Under the pieces are notes generated by a model. The model did no database searches and was not told the origin of the DNA. It saw only the letters and a program-made list of their open reading frames with translations. DNA of 64,000 nucleotides, taken from an uncultured Lentisphaerales bacterium (lineage in GTDB: Bacteria > Verrucomicrobiota > Lentisphaeria > JABSQK01 > UBA12247). This document shows, one piece after another, positions 1-9,551 of this stretch. The DNA lies in assembly GCA_943788985.1 (NCBI GenBank), contig CALSSJ010000010.1, forward strand, positions 192,001 through 256,000, written 5' to 3'. Each line of letters opens with the position of its first letter. The stretch's first letter is position 1. The position numbers and the translations under genes are program-made.

Positions 1-962
1 AGGTGGCCACGTAGTTTACGCCCACGGTAGAAAGTGGAATAGGGACCAATGCGACGTACTCCTTCTCCCAGCGTTGGTTGACCATGGTGAACTCGCCCTC
101 GCTGTTCAACAGTGCGGGTGCATCAGGCGAGGCGTGGAGCGGAATGCCGCCTGCCAGCGATGTCGCGACAGCCCCGCGCAAGTCTGCCATACTGCCGCGC
201 ACCAGCGGTCGATCGGCAGGCAACTTTGCCAGATGCACCAGGCACGGCACGTCCTCGCCCTTGCTACTGCGATGGGTTCACTCAAACTGCACGATTTCGC
301 CGCGCAGCGCCCGTTCGACGTACGCCTTCGCGAGCTCTTTGGAGCTCCGGCCGTCCGGCTGTCGTGTCGGGCTGATCTTGGCCGGCGATCTGCGTAACAG
401 CTGCCCGCGTGACATGCCGAACATCTGTTGGGCCATGCCATTTGCCTCGATAAAGCAGCCGGCCTCGGCAGCGAAGAGCACGATCGCCTCTGGCGCTTCG
501 TCTACCAGCACTCGAAACCGTTCCTCGCTGCCGCGGAGCGCGTCAAGTGCCGTCCAGGTATCGAAAATATCCTGCACCGTGCTGTCTAGATTGGTTGGCC
601 ATGCTCGTCTTTGAACACACGAGCCTGGCGCTGAACTCCTTCAGCGCGATCGGCTTAGAGATGTAGTCATCGGTACCAGCGGTAAAGGCGGACATCAGCA
701 TTGACTTGTCCGAATACCCGGTCATCAGAATGATATAGGGCTACAATCCGCCCTGGGCGCGAACGCCGCGGCAGACATCGATCCCATTCATACCGGGCAT
801 GCGCCAATCCAGCACTGCCAGCTCGGGAGTGTTGGTTTCCAGCATCACCTGCAACGCTGCGGAACCATCTCTTACGACCACCGCGACGTGCCCCAATTGC
901 TCGACCACACGCGCCACTAGCCGCGCACACATCTCATCTTCTTTAGCGACAAGAATGTGCAT
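1..962 (-). pseudogene. Degraded response-regulator receiver + PAS/PAC signalling protein (runs off the window start)
   Basis: REC motifs LAVLDWRMPGMNGIDVCR and DDYISKP are split by an in-frame TAG at 741-743 (GGL*PYIILMTG). There is a frame break near 580-620 with a PAC remnant (VFKDEHGQPI..TVQDI). The PAS domain (SEERFRVLVDEAPEAI) has an in-frame TGA at 278-280 where FEWTH is expected. Confidence 0.75.
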
Positions 963-1015
963 CTACCACCTCCGTGCTCACCACACGATACCAGCAGCTT
1001 GTCCGCATGAAACCA

Positions 1016-2923
1016 TTACTCGGCAAGAGGAATCTTTTCGGCCAGGTCAGCCAAGTTTTCCCGTACCCATGAGTCATTTGGAGCGAGTGCACGGGCTCGC
1101 TCCAAAATCTCCACCGTGCGCGGCAGATCGCCGGTCAAGCGCAAGGCGACCGCCAGGTTCTTCAGCGCCACCAGTGATTCCGGGTGGATGGCGACTGAGC
1201 GTTCCAACAGCGCCACAGCGCGCTCGGGCTCCTTTGGGCGCTCGGTGAGGTAGCGCAGGCCCGCGTTGTAGTGGGCCGCAAACCCAGCCGGCCGGATCCG
1301 GGCGGCCTTGACATAGTACTCGAGCGCCAGCTCTGGGCTCTCGACCAAGTCGTAGGCCCGGGCCAGCTGGAAGGCAGTGTGATAGCGCTGGCCAAACTCC
1401 TGCTCGATCGCCAGGAAGATGGGAATGGCCTGTGCTGGGTCCCGCTCATTCCAGACCATGCCTAGTGACTCCCGGGCTTGGACAAAGCTCGGCAGCAAGG
1501 CGATTGAGCGCTCCAGGTAGTTGACCGCCGCGTCCAGCTTCACCGTGCGTTCGAGCCCCTCTGGCAGCGCCTGCGCCTGCTCGTACAAAACTGCCGCCGC
1601 AGCGGCTGTGGCCTTCACACTTCCCGGATGCGTATCCGCATCGGCCAGAGACAAGGTGTGGGAGCTCTCCCAGTCCCGGTTCCGGTTCACGGTCATCCCA
1701 CCGAGGACGAACACCAGCGCCAAGGTGGCCAACTGGGCACTTCGCCGCCTCAGGATCGCAGCTGGCAGGCGAGACATCAGCCAGCCGACAACAAGCGCCA
1801 AGGCCAGTGACGGCGCATACAGAAACCGCTCTGCGACGAACACGCCCACAGTGAACACCAGATTGGACACGGGCAGCAACGAAAGCGCGTAGACTGCGAA
1901 GGCAAAACCGCCCCAATACTGCCTTTTGCGAACTCCGCAAACCGCGAGCCATGCCAGCGTTCCGTGCACTGCCAGGCTAGCCCAAACCTGCAAATCTCCC
2001 CAAGAAGACACTGTGATCACGAACGGATAGTAGTCTACCGTCAGGCCCACCGGGCAGACAAGCAGCCGCAGGTAGGTCAGGCCGCAGGCCACAGCCGTGG
2101 CGATCCGCGCTGCCGAGCCGACATTCATAAATGGGTCGTTCAGGATCGTGTTGACTTGGCCTGGCACGGCCCCGCCAATGACCGCTTGGCGGACGATTAG
2201 AAACAGGACGCCTCCCGCGATCATCGGCACACCCACGTGCAGCAGCCGAAAGCGGCGGCCCCCGCCAAAGCAGAGCAGGCTGAGCGGGACCAGCACACAC
2301 CAGACGATCGCGCTCTCCTTTGACATGGTCGCCAGAAAAAGCAAAACTCCAACGGCAGCCATACCGGCCGCATTCAGCGGGCGTTCGCGGCGAACTGCAA
2401 TCCACCAGGCGATGAAGACGAGGAGCAAGGCCAGCACCTCGTCGCGCCCCTTGATGTTTGCCACTGCTTCGGTATGGACCGGGTGGACAACAAAGAGCAA
2501 GGCGGTTGCGAACCCCGCAATCTGCGGACTCCGCAAGCGCTGCAAGGACCACAGTCGCTCGACAATCAAGAACAACAGGCAGCCTGTGAGCATGTAAAGC
2601 AGGACATTGATGCCATGACTCACGTGCGAATTGAGGCCGAACAACTGGGCCTCGAGGGCAAAGGTGATTAAGGACAACGGCCGGTACCTTCCGCCGACCA
2701 CGTCGCCTTTGTACGAGTTGCCCAGAAAGCCCGCGAAGGTGTCCTCGCTTAGTAGCTTCCAGATGCCGCTGATGCCACTTTGCGTATAGGCATTGCGGTG
2801 GAGGACGATCTGGTCATCCATCGCGTAGTCATGGCCAAGGGTATTGGCGTACAGGGCGAAGGCCACGGCAGCAATTGTCGCCAGAGCCCAGACTCTAGAT
2901 CGCTGTGGGTTGTTCTTATTCAC
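1016..2923 (-). CDS. TMTC-like polytopic GT-C (DUF1736-type) glycosyltransferase with C-terminal TPR repeats
   Basis: 635 aa with many TM helices, motifs YAMDD, YRPL, HPVHTEAVANIKGR and AERFLYAPS, followed by TPR-like helical repeats. Confidence 0.8.
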   Translation of the reverse strand: MNKNNPQRSRVWALATIAAVAFALYANTLGHDYAMDDQIVLHRNAYTQSGISGIWKLLSEDTFAGFLGNSYKGDVVGGRYRPLSLITFALEAQLFGLNSHVSHGINVLLYMLTGCLLFLIVERLWSLQRLRSPQIAGFATALLFVVHPVHTEAVANIKGRDEVLALLLVFIAWWIAVRRERPLNAAGMAAVGVLLFLATMSKESAIVWCVLVPLSLLCFGGGRRFRLLHVGVPMIAGGVLFLIVRQAVIGGAVPGQVNTILNDPFMNVGSAARIATAVACGLTYLRLLVCPVGLTVDYYPFVITVSSWGDLQVWASLAVHGTLAWLAVCGVRKRQYWGGFAFAVYALSLLPVSNLVFTVGVFVAERFLYAPSLALALVVGWLMSRLPAAILRRRSAQLATLALVFVLGGMTVNRNRDWESSHTLSLADADTHPGSVKATAAAAAVLYEQAQALPEGLERTVKLDAAVNYLERSIALLPSFVQARESLGMVWNERDPAQAIPIFLAIEQEFGQRYHTAFQLARAYDLVESPELALEYYVKAARIRPAGFAAHYNAGLRYLTERPKEPERAVALLERSVAIHPESLVALKNLAVALRLTGDLPRTVEILERARALAPNDSWVRENLADLAEKIPLAE

Positions 2924-2931
2924 CCGTACGC

Positions 2932-3600
2932 TTAGCGCTCCAAGGTCACCAGATAGGCCGCGATGTCACGGAGCTGCTCGTCGCTGATCTGATGTACTGC
3001 TTCGGCCATATTGAGCCCAGCAGTGTCATTGTCATCTACCGTGCGCAAGCCGTCGCGATAGTTCGCCGCCTGGCGGACGATGTATGAGCCGGGTAGTCCC
3101 ACCAGAGGCGGTGCCTTCGCGACGCGTGAGCCGCTGCCGCCCGGATGGCAGCGATTGCAGTGCAACTCGAACAGGGCGCTGCCGACCTCGGCATTGCCCT
3201 CAACGTCTGGCTTACTGCGCTCATGCGGCAGGCGCGAGAGAAAGGTGACGAAGCCTCGCATTTCTACCATCGTATTGAGATTCCGTACTGCCTCGCGCAT
3301 TGCCACTTCAGGGCCATTCTCCCGGCGAGAGCCACGTTTTCCGGTGGAGAACTCGGCCAGCTGCTTGGCGAGGTACCAGCGTGGCATGCCCGCGACCGGC
3401 GGTGCGCCGAATCCGGCATCGGCCTGGTGGCAGATTTGGCAGTCTGCGTACACCTTGTGAAAATCTGCAATGGAGCGAATCTCCGCGGCTTCCCGCGTTT
3501 CGCGTCGTTCTACCTGTTGGCAACCGGCGACGGTGATTACGATGGCCACCAGTGTGAGCAAGGCCTTCAGATTGAGACAAGGGTGGACTGGCCTACGCAT
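2932..3600 (-). CDS. Diheme cytochrome c4-family lipoprotein
   Basis: Lipobox-like VAGC, CQICH and CNRCH heme motifs, and a Met after GxR in both domains. Confidence 0.85.
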   Translation of the reverse strand: MRRPVHPCLNLKALLTLVAIVITVAGCQQVERRETREAAEIRSIADFHKVYADCQICHQADAGFGAPPVAGMPRWYLAKQLAEFSTGKRGSRRENGPEVAMREAVRNLNTMVEMRGFVTFLSRLPHERSKPDVEGNAEVGSALFELHCNRCHPGGSGSRVAKAPPLVGLPGSYIVRQAANYRDGLRTVDDNDTAGLNMAEAVHQISDEQLRDIAAYLVTLER

Positions 3601-3650
3601 TCAGCTCCAATGGTGGTATTGGTTTTGTTTTCTGAGAGAGAGGGAATACC

Positions 3651-4289
3651 ATGCTGCGGATCTTTCTGTTCGCCATGATCGCAGGCGCAATCTGCGGCTG
3701 TGGTTCAAATCAGGCGTTGGAATCGGCGTTGCTCGCCGGAGAAGAGGTCGAGCCTGGCCGGTATAGCGCCTGTATGGCGTGCCATGGGCTGATCGCGCAG
3801 GGCGACCAAGAGAAAGGCGCGCCAGCCTTGTCGCAGTTGCCTGCGGACTACCTCGTGCTGCAGATGGCAAACATCCGCGATGGCATTCGCACCGCCGCTG
3901 GCTGTGCTGAGGCGTTGGCCGCACATGAGGTGGCCGACGAGCTTGCGGACCTCGCAAAAACCATCGGGTCCTACACGGCTGTCTGGCCGGCCCCCAGCCA
4001 GCGTGGCGGAAACGTGAAGAATGGGAAAAAGATCTTCAGTACCTGCCTGGCCTGTCATGCGCCGGACGGCAGCGGGTTCCCTGCTTTGGCCGCGCCGCCG
4101 CTTATCTATCAGCATGATTGGTACCTGCGGCACACGCTGCAGGAATTTCGGACTGGTGCCCGCGGGACGCATGAGCTTGATCGCAACGGCAAGCGGATGT
4201 CCGTGGGAATCGGCTCATTCGTGCCCAGCGATGCCGCCGTTCTCGATGTTGTCGCCTACATAAACTCACTCAAAGAGGACCACCAATGA
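3651..4289 (+). CDS. Diheme cytochrome c4-family lipoprotein
   Basis: Purine-rich RBS (gagagggaa), signal peptide ending ICGC, CMACH and CLACH motifs, and an ATGA overlap with hemH. Confidence 0.85.
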   Translation: MLRIFLFAMIAGAICGCGSNQALESALLAGEEVEPGRYSACMACHGLIAQGDQEKGAPALSQLPADYLVLQMANIRDGIRTAAGCAEALAAHEVADELADLAKTIGSYTAVWPAPSQRGGNVKNGKKIFSTCLACHAPDGSGFPALAAPPLIYQHDWYLRHTLQEFRTGARGTHELDRNGKRMSVGIGSFVPSDAAVLDVVAYINSLKEDHQ

Positions 4290-5268
4290 CCCAGCTCGAC
4301 GCAGTCGTCCTTCAACCCTTCGGCGGTCCCGAGCGCAGCGAAGACGTCGTCCCGGTTCTCGATAATGTGCTGCGCGGGCGCGGCGTGCCGGAGTCGCGTA
4401 AACTCGAGGTAGCAGAACACTACCGGGAGCTGGGCGGGACCAGCCCGGCCAATGCCTGCAACCGGCGGTTTTCCGCCCATGTTGAGGCCGAACTGCGCCG
4501 CCGTGGGCGACCGCTGCGCCTGTTTCTGGGCAATCGTAATTGGCACCCGCTGTTGCCAGACACGCTTGCGCAGATGAGGGATTGCGGAGTTGGCAACGCC
4601 GCAGTCTTTGTCACTAGCGCCTTTAGCAGCTATTCCGGCTGTCGTCAATACCAAGGAGACCGAGAGCGAGCGACTGCGACCGTGGACGATGCGCCAGCGC
4701 TGCTGCCCACTGCCAAGTTCTTCAACCACCCCGGCTTCATCGAGGCAAATGCTGATCAGGTCCGGGCTGCCATAGCCTCGCTGCCCCCCCGGCCCCCATA
4801 CCTACGCTGGTCTGCACGGCGCACAGTATTCCGTGCGTCATGGCCGATTCGTCGCCCTATGTCGAGCAGCTTCGTACTACAGCCCGGTTGCTGGCAGAGG
4901 CGGTGGGGTTGGCGCCAGCACCGCTGGCTTGGCAGAGTCTCAGCGGGCCGCCCGACCAGCCTTGGCTCGAGCCCGATGTCTGCGATCATGTGGACACGCT
5001 GGCTGCGCAGGGATGCGACCGCATCGTGGTCGCGCCCATTGGCTTTTTGACCGATCACGTCGAGGTGCTGTTCGATCTTGATGATGAACTTCGCGCGCAT
5101 TGCGAACTCCGCAAGATCACGATGGCTCGCGCCAACACCGCCGGTACTCATCCGGCCATGATTCGCTTGACCGCAGACCTGATCGAAGAGGCTGCATGAA
5201 CGCCTGCGTTTTGCGCCCCCAGTTGCTGTCCAGCGAGCCCGGGAGGCCCGCATCCACGCGGCGAATAA
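4286..5268 (+). pseudogene. hemH: Ferrochelatase (actinobacterial-like, C-terminal CxxxCC type), interrupted by a frameshift and an in-frame TGA
   Basis: Motifs FGGPE, SSYSGCRQY, LVCTAHSIP, PWLEPDV and GFLTDHVEVLFDLD. Frameshift at the C7 run 4784-4790. The TGA at 5197-5199 is followed in frame by TPAFCAPSCCP...TAA at 5266-5268. Confidence 0.85.
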
Positions 5269-5348
5269 ACGCCTTTTTCGAGTATTGATTTATTATCGAT
5301 TAGATCCACGGAATAAAGAAAACCTATGGAACGGGGAGAAGGCAGCAG

Positions 5349-6482
5349 ATGGCGAAGGAATTCCAGCTATATGGAGCGCGCTGGCAGAAAGGCCGGCGCG
5401 GCGAACTGCCAAGGCAAATCTATGATGCGTTCGTCAAGGAGATCGTGTCCGGTCGCTGGAGTGTAGGCGAGCGCTTGCCTACATATGAGCAGCTGCGTCG
5501 CGATACAGGGGCCAGTCGCACATCGATCGAGACAGCGCTGAATCGGCTGGATGAAACCGGCTTCATCACGCGTGTGAGTAAGAAAGGCATGTTTCTCAAG
5601 ACTCTCCATCCTGGCCGGCATGCGCAGACTGGCACAGTGGCGGTGATTACTGGTACGCCTGGCGCGCGCAACGGAACCGAAATGGTACGTCGCACCGATT
5701 CGTTTGGCCTATTCGATATCGATACGATTCGGGGTGAAGCCCGAGAGATTGGGCTGAATGCGGTCCCCGTCTCCGTGAACAGCGACGCTGTGGAGATCAC
5801 AGCGAGACTGGATGAGTTGTGTGCCGAGCCGGACTTCCACGGCATCATCTCGATGGTCTCAAAAAAGCGGATGAAGCACGTGGATACGAGGTTGGCGCCG
5901 ATTGTCTACCTCGGCGTCGCGGACCTTAATTGCGCGCCCGCCGTGGTAGGAAGTCCTTATCGGGCGATGTGCTTGCTGACCGAGCATCTGGTGACAGCGG
6001 GACACCACAAGATTGGAGTCTTCATGCCGCCTAACTGGGCCTGCGAGGTCAGCGACCTGATGCTTCGGGGGCATCGCCAGGCGATGGCGGAGGCCGGGCT
6101 TGTCTGCCAGGAGGAGCCGATCGCGCTGTCCTCGGCGATCGAGCACTTGGACGTGGCCGCGGTGAAAGGTGTCTTGGGAGCGTGCTCGGACTGCACTGCA
6201 TTCATTGGCGGCTCGATCGAGGTGACGAGGAAGATTGCGGAGACCGCAGATCTGTTGGAGATCGCGATTCCCGATCAGCTCAGTATCTGTTCGATGCAGG
6301 CAGGCGTGCTGCGGGAAGGCCGTAAGGACCCGGTGCTCGGCATTAGCTACGATTGGCACACGGTCATCACCACCTGCTTTGAGCTGCTGCTGAGCGAAGA
6401 GAAGCGCCGACATCTGTCGCGGCTCGTGATCAGCCCTGAGATTATCGACTCCGCATCGCTCAGCGTGCGGCAAGTTCAGTAG
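5349..6482 (+). CDS. GntR-family wHTH regulator with a LacI/periplasmic-binding-like effector domain (AraR-like architecture)
   Basis: N-terminal GERLPTYEQL...SIETALNRL...GMF GntR HTH; C-terminal LTEHLVTAGHHKIG and IAIPDQLSI sugar-binding fold. Confidence 0.8.
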   Translation: MAKEFQLYGARWQKGRRGELPRQIYDAFVKEIVSGRWSVGERLPTYEQLRRDTGASRTSIETALNRLDETGFITRVSKKGMFLKTLHPGRHAQTGTVAVITGTPGARNGTEMVRRTDSFGLFDIDTIRGEAREIGLNAVPVSVNSDAVEITARLDELCAEPDFHGIISMVSKKRMKHVDTRLAPIVYLGVADLNCAPAVVGSPYRAMCLLTEHLVTAGHHKIGVFMPPNWACEVSDLMLRGHRQAMAEAGLVCQEEPIALSSAIEHLDVAAVKGVLGACSDCTAFIGGSIEVTRKIAETADLLEIAIPDQLSICSMQAGVLREGRKDPVLGISYDWHTVITTCFELLLSEEKRRHLSRLVISPEIIDSASLSVRQVQ

Positions 6483-6485
6483 CGC

Positions 6486-7375
6486 TTAGGCCTCGCGCAT
6501 CGGAAAGTAGACCGCGGTGACGAGGTCGTCCTCTGAGGTTTTGCCCTGGCAGGATTCGTAGATCTCGAACGGCGGGATCTTCTTCTGCAGGCCAAAGACC
6601 TTTGCCTACGAATGCATCATGCCGGCTGACCAGGCGTTGCCCAATTGCCGATAGAGCCCGGTTTGGCGGATGCAGTAGGCATTACAGGTTGGAACCTGCC
6701 CCGCGACAATTCCGGCCGCGGCTGCCGTGCCAGCTGGCATCTGCAAGCCGCATGTGTACTCGGTGGATTCCCTCACAGCATCAAACGTATGATAAATCGA
6801 AAAGGTCGGGCCAGTGGACTAAAAGGCCGCTTTGCTTTACATGGTCGATCAGCTTCTTGAAGTCTGCCTTCATGGCTGGGCCGGTATCCGCAATCATACA
6901 TTTTTTGCGAATCCCGTGGTAGTGACAGCCCGCGAAGGTCTGGCGCTGGTCTAAGCACAGGATCGAGGGGATACTGCCGCGCTCGACTCAGTCATTCAGT
7001 ATCAGCAGGCCGCGTTCGTAGTCTTTGCCGATCCAGGCAATCATCGACTTGGTCATTCAGAACATGAACTAGGGCAGAGAAGTGTTCGTCTACCAGTTGA
7101 CGTCCAAGCCATTTTCGCCGGGCTTGAGGAGGGTTAAGTCCAGGTAGAGTTGCTCGGCGGGGGCTTCCGCGAGCAGTCTCACCTTGCCGGCGCCGAAGAC
7201 CTGCCCTTCCCAGTCATAGCCGCTGCCGTCTTCCTCGTCGTTGAGTAGGCAGTCAGGTTCGGCGATCAACCATGGAGACCACTGGCGCCAGGTCTTGCAT
7301 TCACGGATGGCAGCAACGACGGAATCCGTCGTGACCTGGACTGTGATTGATCTGGACAACTGAAAAATTTGGCAT
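6486..7375 (-). pseudogene. Degraded SRPBCC + GyrI-like effector-binding protein
   Basis: WRQWSPWLIAEPD N-terminus, followed in frame by SLP*FMF*MTKSMIAWIGKDYERGL..D*VERG with several stops, and a C-terminal PPFEIY...LVTAVYFP ending TAA at 6486-6488. Frameshift near the start (A5 run 7363-7367). Confidence 0.75.
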
Positions 7376-7470
7376 ATCCGCTACGTGTACAGGCTTCACA
7401 GTTACAGTAGCAGCTAGACCGACCGCGTCTACTGTGTCGTAGCTTCGTAATCACTCAGGCCCTCTAAACC

Positions 7471-8277
7471 GTGCGCGACGACCTATACAGGCAATTGCAA
7501 GTCTCCTCAGAAGCAAGCTTCGGGGAAATCAAGAAGGCGTACTACCGCTGCGCCAAGGCCTGTCATCCAGACTTGCACTGCGGCAGCAGGCAAATGGAGG
7601 AGCAGTTTCTCCAGGTTGTCCATGCCTTCGATGTGCTATCGGACCCGCTGCAGCGAAGTGCCTACGACAAGTGGTGTGCGGAAGCCGCAAAACAAGGGAA
7701 GCAGTCGCTCAGTAATTTCCATGTGAAGCGCCCCTCCAGCATTATGGACAGCCCGGCAGACGACATCTTAGAAGAATTGATCGTTGGGAACCGGGTGCCC
7801 ACCGGCAGCTCGCTTCAGACGCTGCTCACGGATCTGGAGGGAACGGAGTGGTTTATGACCTTTCGCGAGGGCAAGACTTACTTCTACAAGGGGAACTATG
7901 ACGCGGCCTATCAGCTGTTTCGGCGCTGCACAGGGAAGTGTGGCGTGAACATTCTGTATCACTACTACATGGCTGAAGCCGCGATGAAGCTCGGTCGCTA
8001 CCGGCGGGCGCACAAGCACTTTCAGCGGTGCTTGGATCTGGGGCAGGAGCGAGTGCCAATCCAGCGCTTGGAGCGGGTGCACCGTCGCATGGTCCGGCTG
8101 CGCGATAAGCGCCATGGGATCCTAGCAAAGGTCATCAATATGATCGCCGGGAAGCCCGAGCTTCCAGCCAAAGCAGGCACAGATGCCGTGATCGCCGAAA
8201 CTAACCGTGCCATGGCTCGGTTGCTGCGGGAGGCCGAGAAAGAGGACCGCGAGAAAAACCAGAAGCGGTTGAGGTAG
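7471..8277 (+). CDS. J-domain (DnaJ) protein with TPR region
   Basis: DLYRQLQV...EIKKAYYRCAKACHPD...AFDVLSDP..R..YD J-domain, followed by TPR-like helices. Confidence 0.85.
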   Translation: MRDDLYRQLQVSSEASFGEIKKAYYRCAKACHPDLHCGSRQMEEQFLQVVHAFDVLSDPLQRSAYDKWCAEAAKQGKQSLSNFHVKRPSSIMDSPADDILEELIVGNRVPTGSSLQTLLTDLEGTEWFMTFREGKTYFYKGNYDAAYQLFRRCTGKCGVNILYHYYMAEAAMKLGRYRRAHKHFQRCLDLGQERVPIQRLERVHRRMVRLRDKRHGILAKVINMIAGKPELPAKAGTDAVIAETNRAMARLLREAEKEDREKNQKRLR

Positions 8278-8285
8278 GCCCGCAG

Positions 8286-9176
8286 ATGTTCGAAGATTTA
8301 CAGGATTTTCTGGCGGTCATTAAGGTCGAATATGGCTTGGCCGATGCGACGGTCACGGCCTACAAGCGCGACCTGATTCAGTTTGCGGAGTTCGCACTCG
8401 ACGTAGGCATTGGCGATTGGGACCAAGTGACACTCGACCATGTCTACGACTTTCTCGACCTCCTGCAGGAGCGCGAGCTCGCGGCCTCTTCGATTGCTCG
8501 TAAGCTCGTGGCAGTGAAGGTCTTTTTTCGCCACCTGCTACAGGAAAGGCGGGTCGAGCGCAACGTGACCGAGGTGATGGAAGGCCCGCGTCTGTGGCAT
8601 ACGTTGCCCGATCTGCTCAGTGAAGCCGATGTGCGTAAGCTGCTGCGGCTACGGGCACGGGCGACGGATCCGCTTCATCAGCGCGATCACACCATGCTCG
8701 AGTTGTTGTACGCCAGCGGGCTTCGGGTCAGCGAGTTGGTCGGCTTACGCGATGACGATGTTCGCTTTGATATGGGCGTGCTGCGGGTGACTGGAAAGGG
8801 CGATAAGACCCGGGTGGTGCCATTCGGGCAGCCTGCGCGCCGGGCGCTCGACATCTACCGGCGCAAGACCCGGCCGCAGCTTTTGAAGGGAGCGAACATC
8901 GCCACTTTATTCCTGTCCCGAAATGGGAGGCCGCTGACGCGTGAGCGCATTTGGGGGATCGTGCGGCAGATGGGCCGCGAGTCCGGAATTCGGGTCCACA
9001 TTCACCCGCACATGCTGCGGCACTCCTTTGCCAGCCACTTGCTCAGCAACGGCGCCGACCTGCGCGTGATTCAGGAGATGCTCGGCCATGCGGATATCGC
9101 AACTACCCAGGTTTACACCCATGTCGAGCAGGATCGCTTGCTCTCGATTCACAAGCAATTTCACCCTCGCGCCTGA
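8286..9176 (+). CDS. xerD: Site-specific tyrosine recombinase XerD
   Basis: ELLYASGLRVSEL, GKGDKTRVVP, HPHMLRHSFASHLL, LGHADIATTQVYTHV and C-terminal HPRA. Confidence 0.9.
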   Translation: MFEDLQDFLAVIKVEYGLADATVTAYKRDLIQFAEFALDVGIGDWDQVTLDHVYDFLDLLQERELAASSIARKLVAVKVFFRHLLQERRVERNVTEVMEGPRLWHTLPDLLSEADVRKLLRLRARATDPLHQRDHTMLELLYASGLRVSELVGLRDDDVRFDMGVLRVTGKGDKTRVVPFGQPARRALDIYRRKTRPQLLKGANIATLFLSRNGRPLTRERIWGIVRQMGRESGIRVHIHPHMLRHSFASHLLSNGADLRVIQEMLGHADIATTQVYTHVEQDRLLSIHKQFHPRA

Positions 9177-9189
9177 TAATTTTGCGAAG

Positions 9190-9398
9190 CGAGGCAGGCA
9201 CTTTAGGTCAACAAATGAGACTTTGCGGAGGGCAGTGATACCGCGTCCGTCAGCTGGTTTGGGACTTGACGTCGCCTTGACTGCGAAAGGAAAAAGGCGA
9301 CGGCCATATTCCAAAATCAGATCCACTTCGGCGCCGCTGTAGGCACAAGTGCCACACCAAGGTTGATTTGCCAGCCTGGCGAGCGCCAAGAACTGCAA
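9190..9398 (-). pseudogene. Remnant of the C-terminal DUF4143-like domain of an AAA+ ATPase
   Basis: GAEVDLILEYGRRLFPFAVKATSSPKPADGRGI resembles the EVDL..E.K motif; no ATPase N-terminus is present. Confidence 0.5.
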
Positions 9399-9551
9399 CC
9401 GCCGGAAAATGCCCGCAAAGCTCCCTCAATCGTTGTTCGAGTAGGCAGGAGGTGTCGACGTCTTACTATTCGTATCTTGAACCCAATCCTTAATCATAGG
9501 AGTTCAGCTCCCATCATTCGCGATTAGTTTGTGGGGGCGAAGTGGCCTGCT

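Noticed and set aside
5197..5199. Selenocysteine at the hemH TGA
   Set aside because: The position is not one of the motif cysteines, and I cannot see a convincing SECIS hairpin.
8286..9176. Integrase of a mobile element
   Set aside because: The protein has chromosomal XerD features, and no att repeats or mobile cargo were seen.
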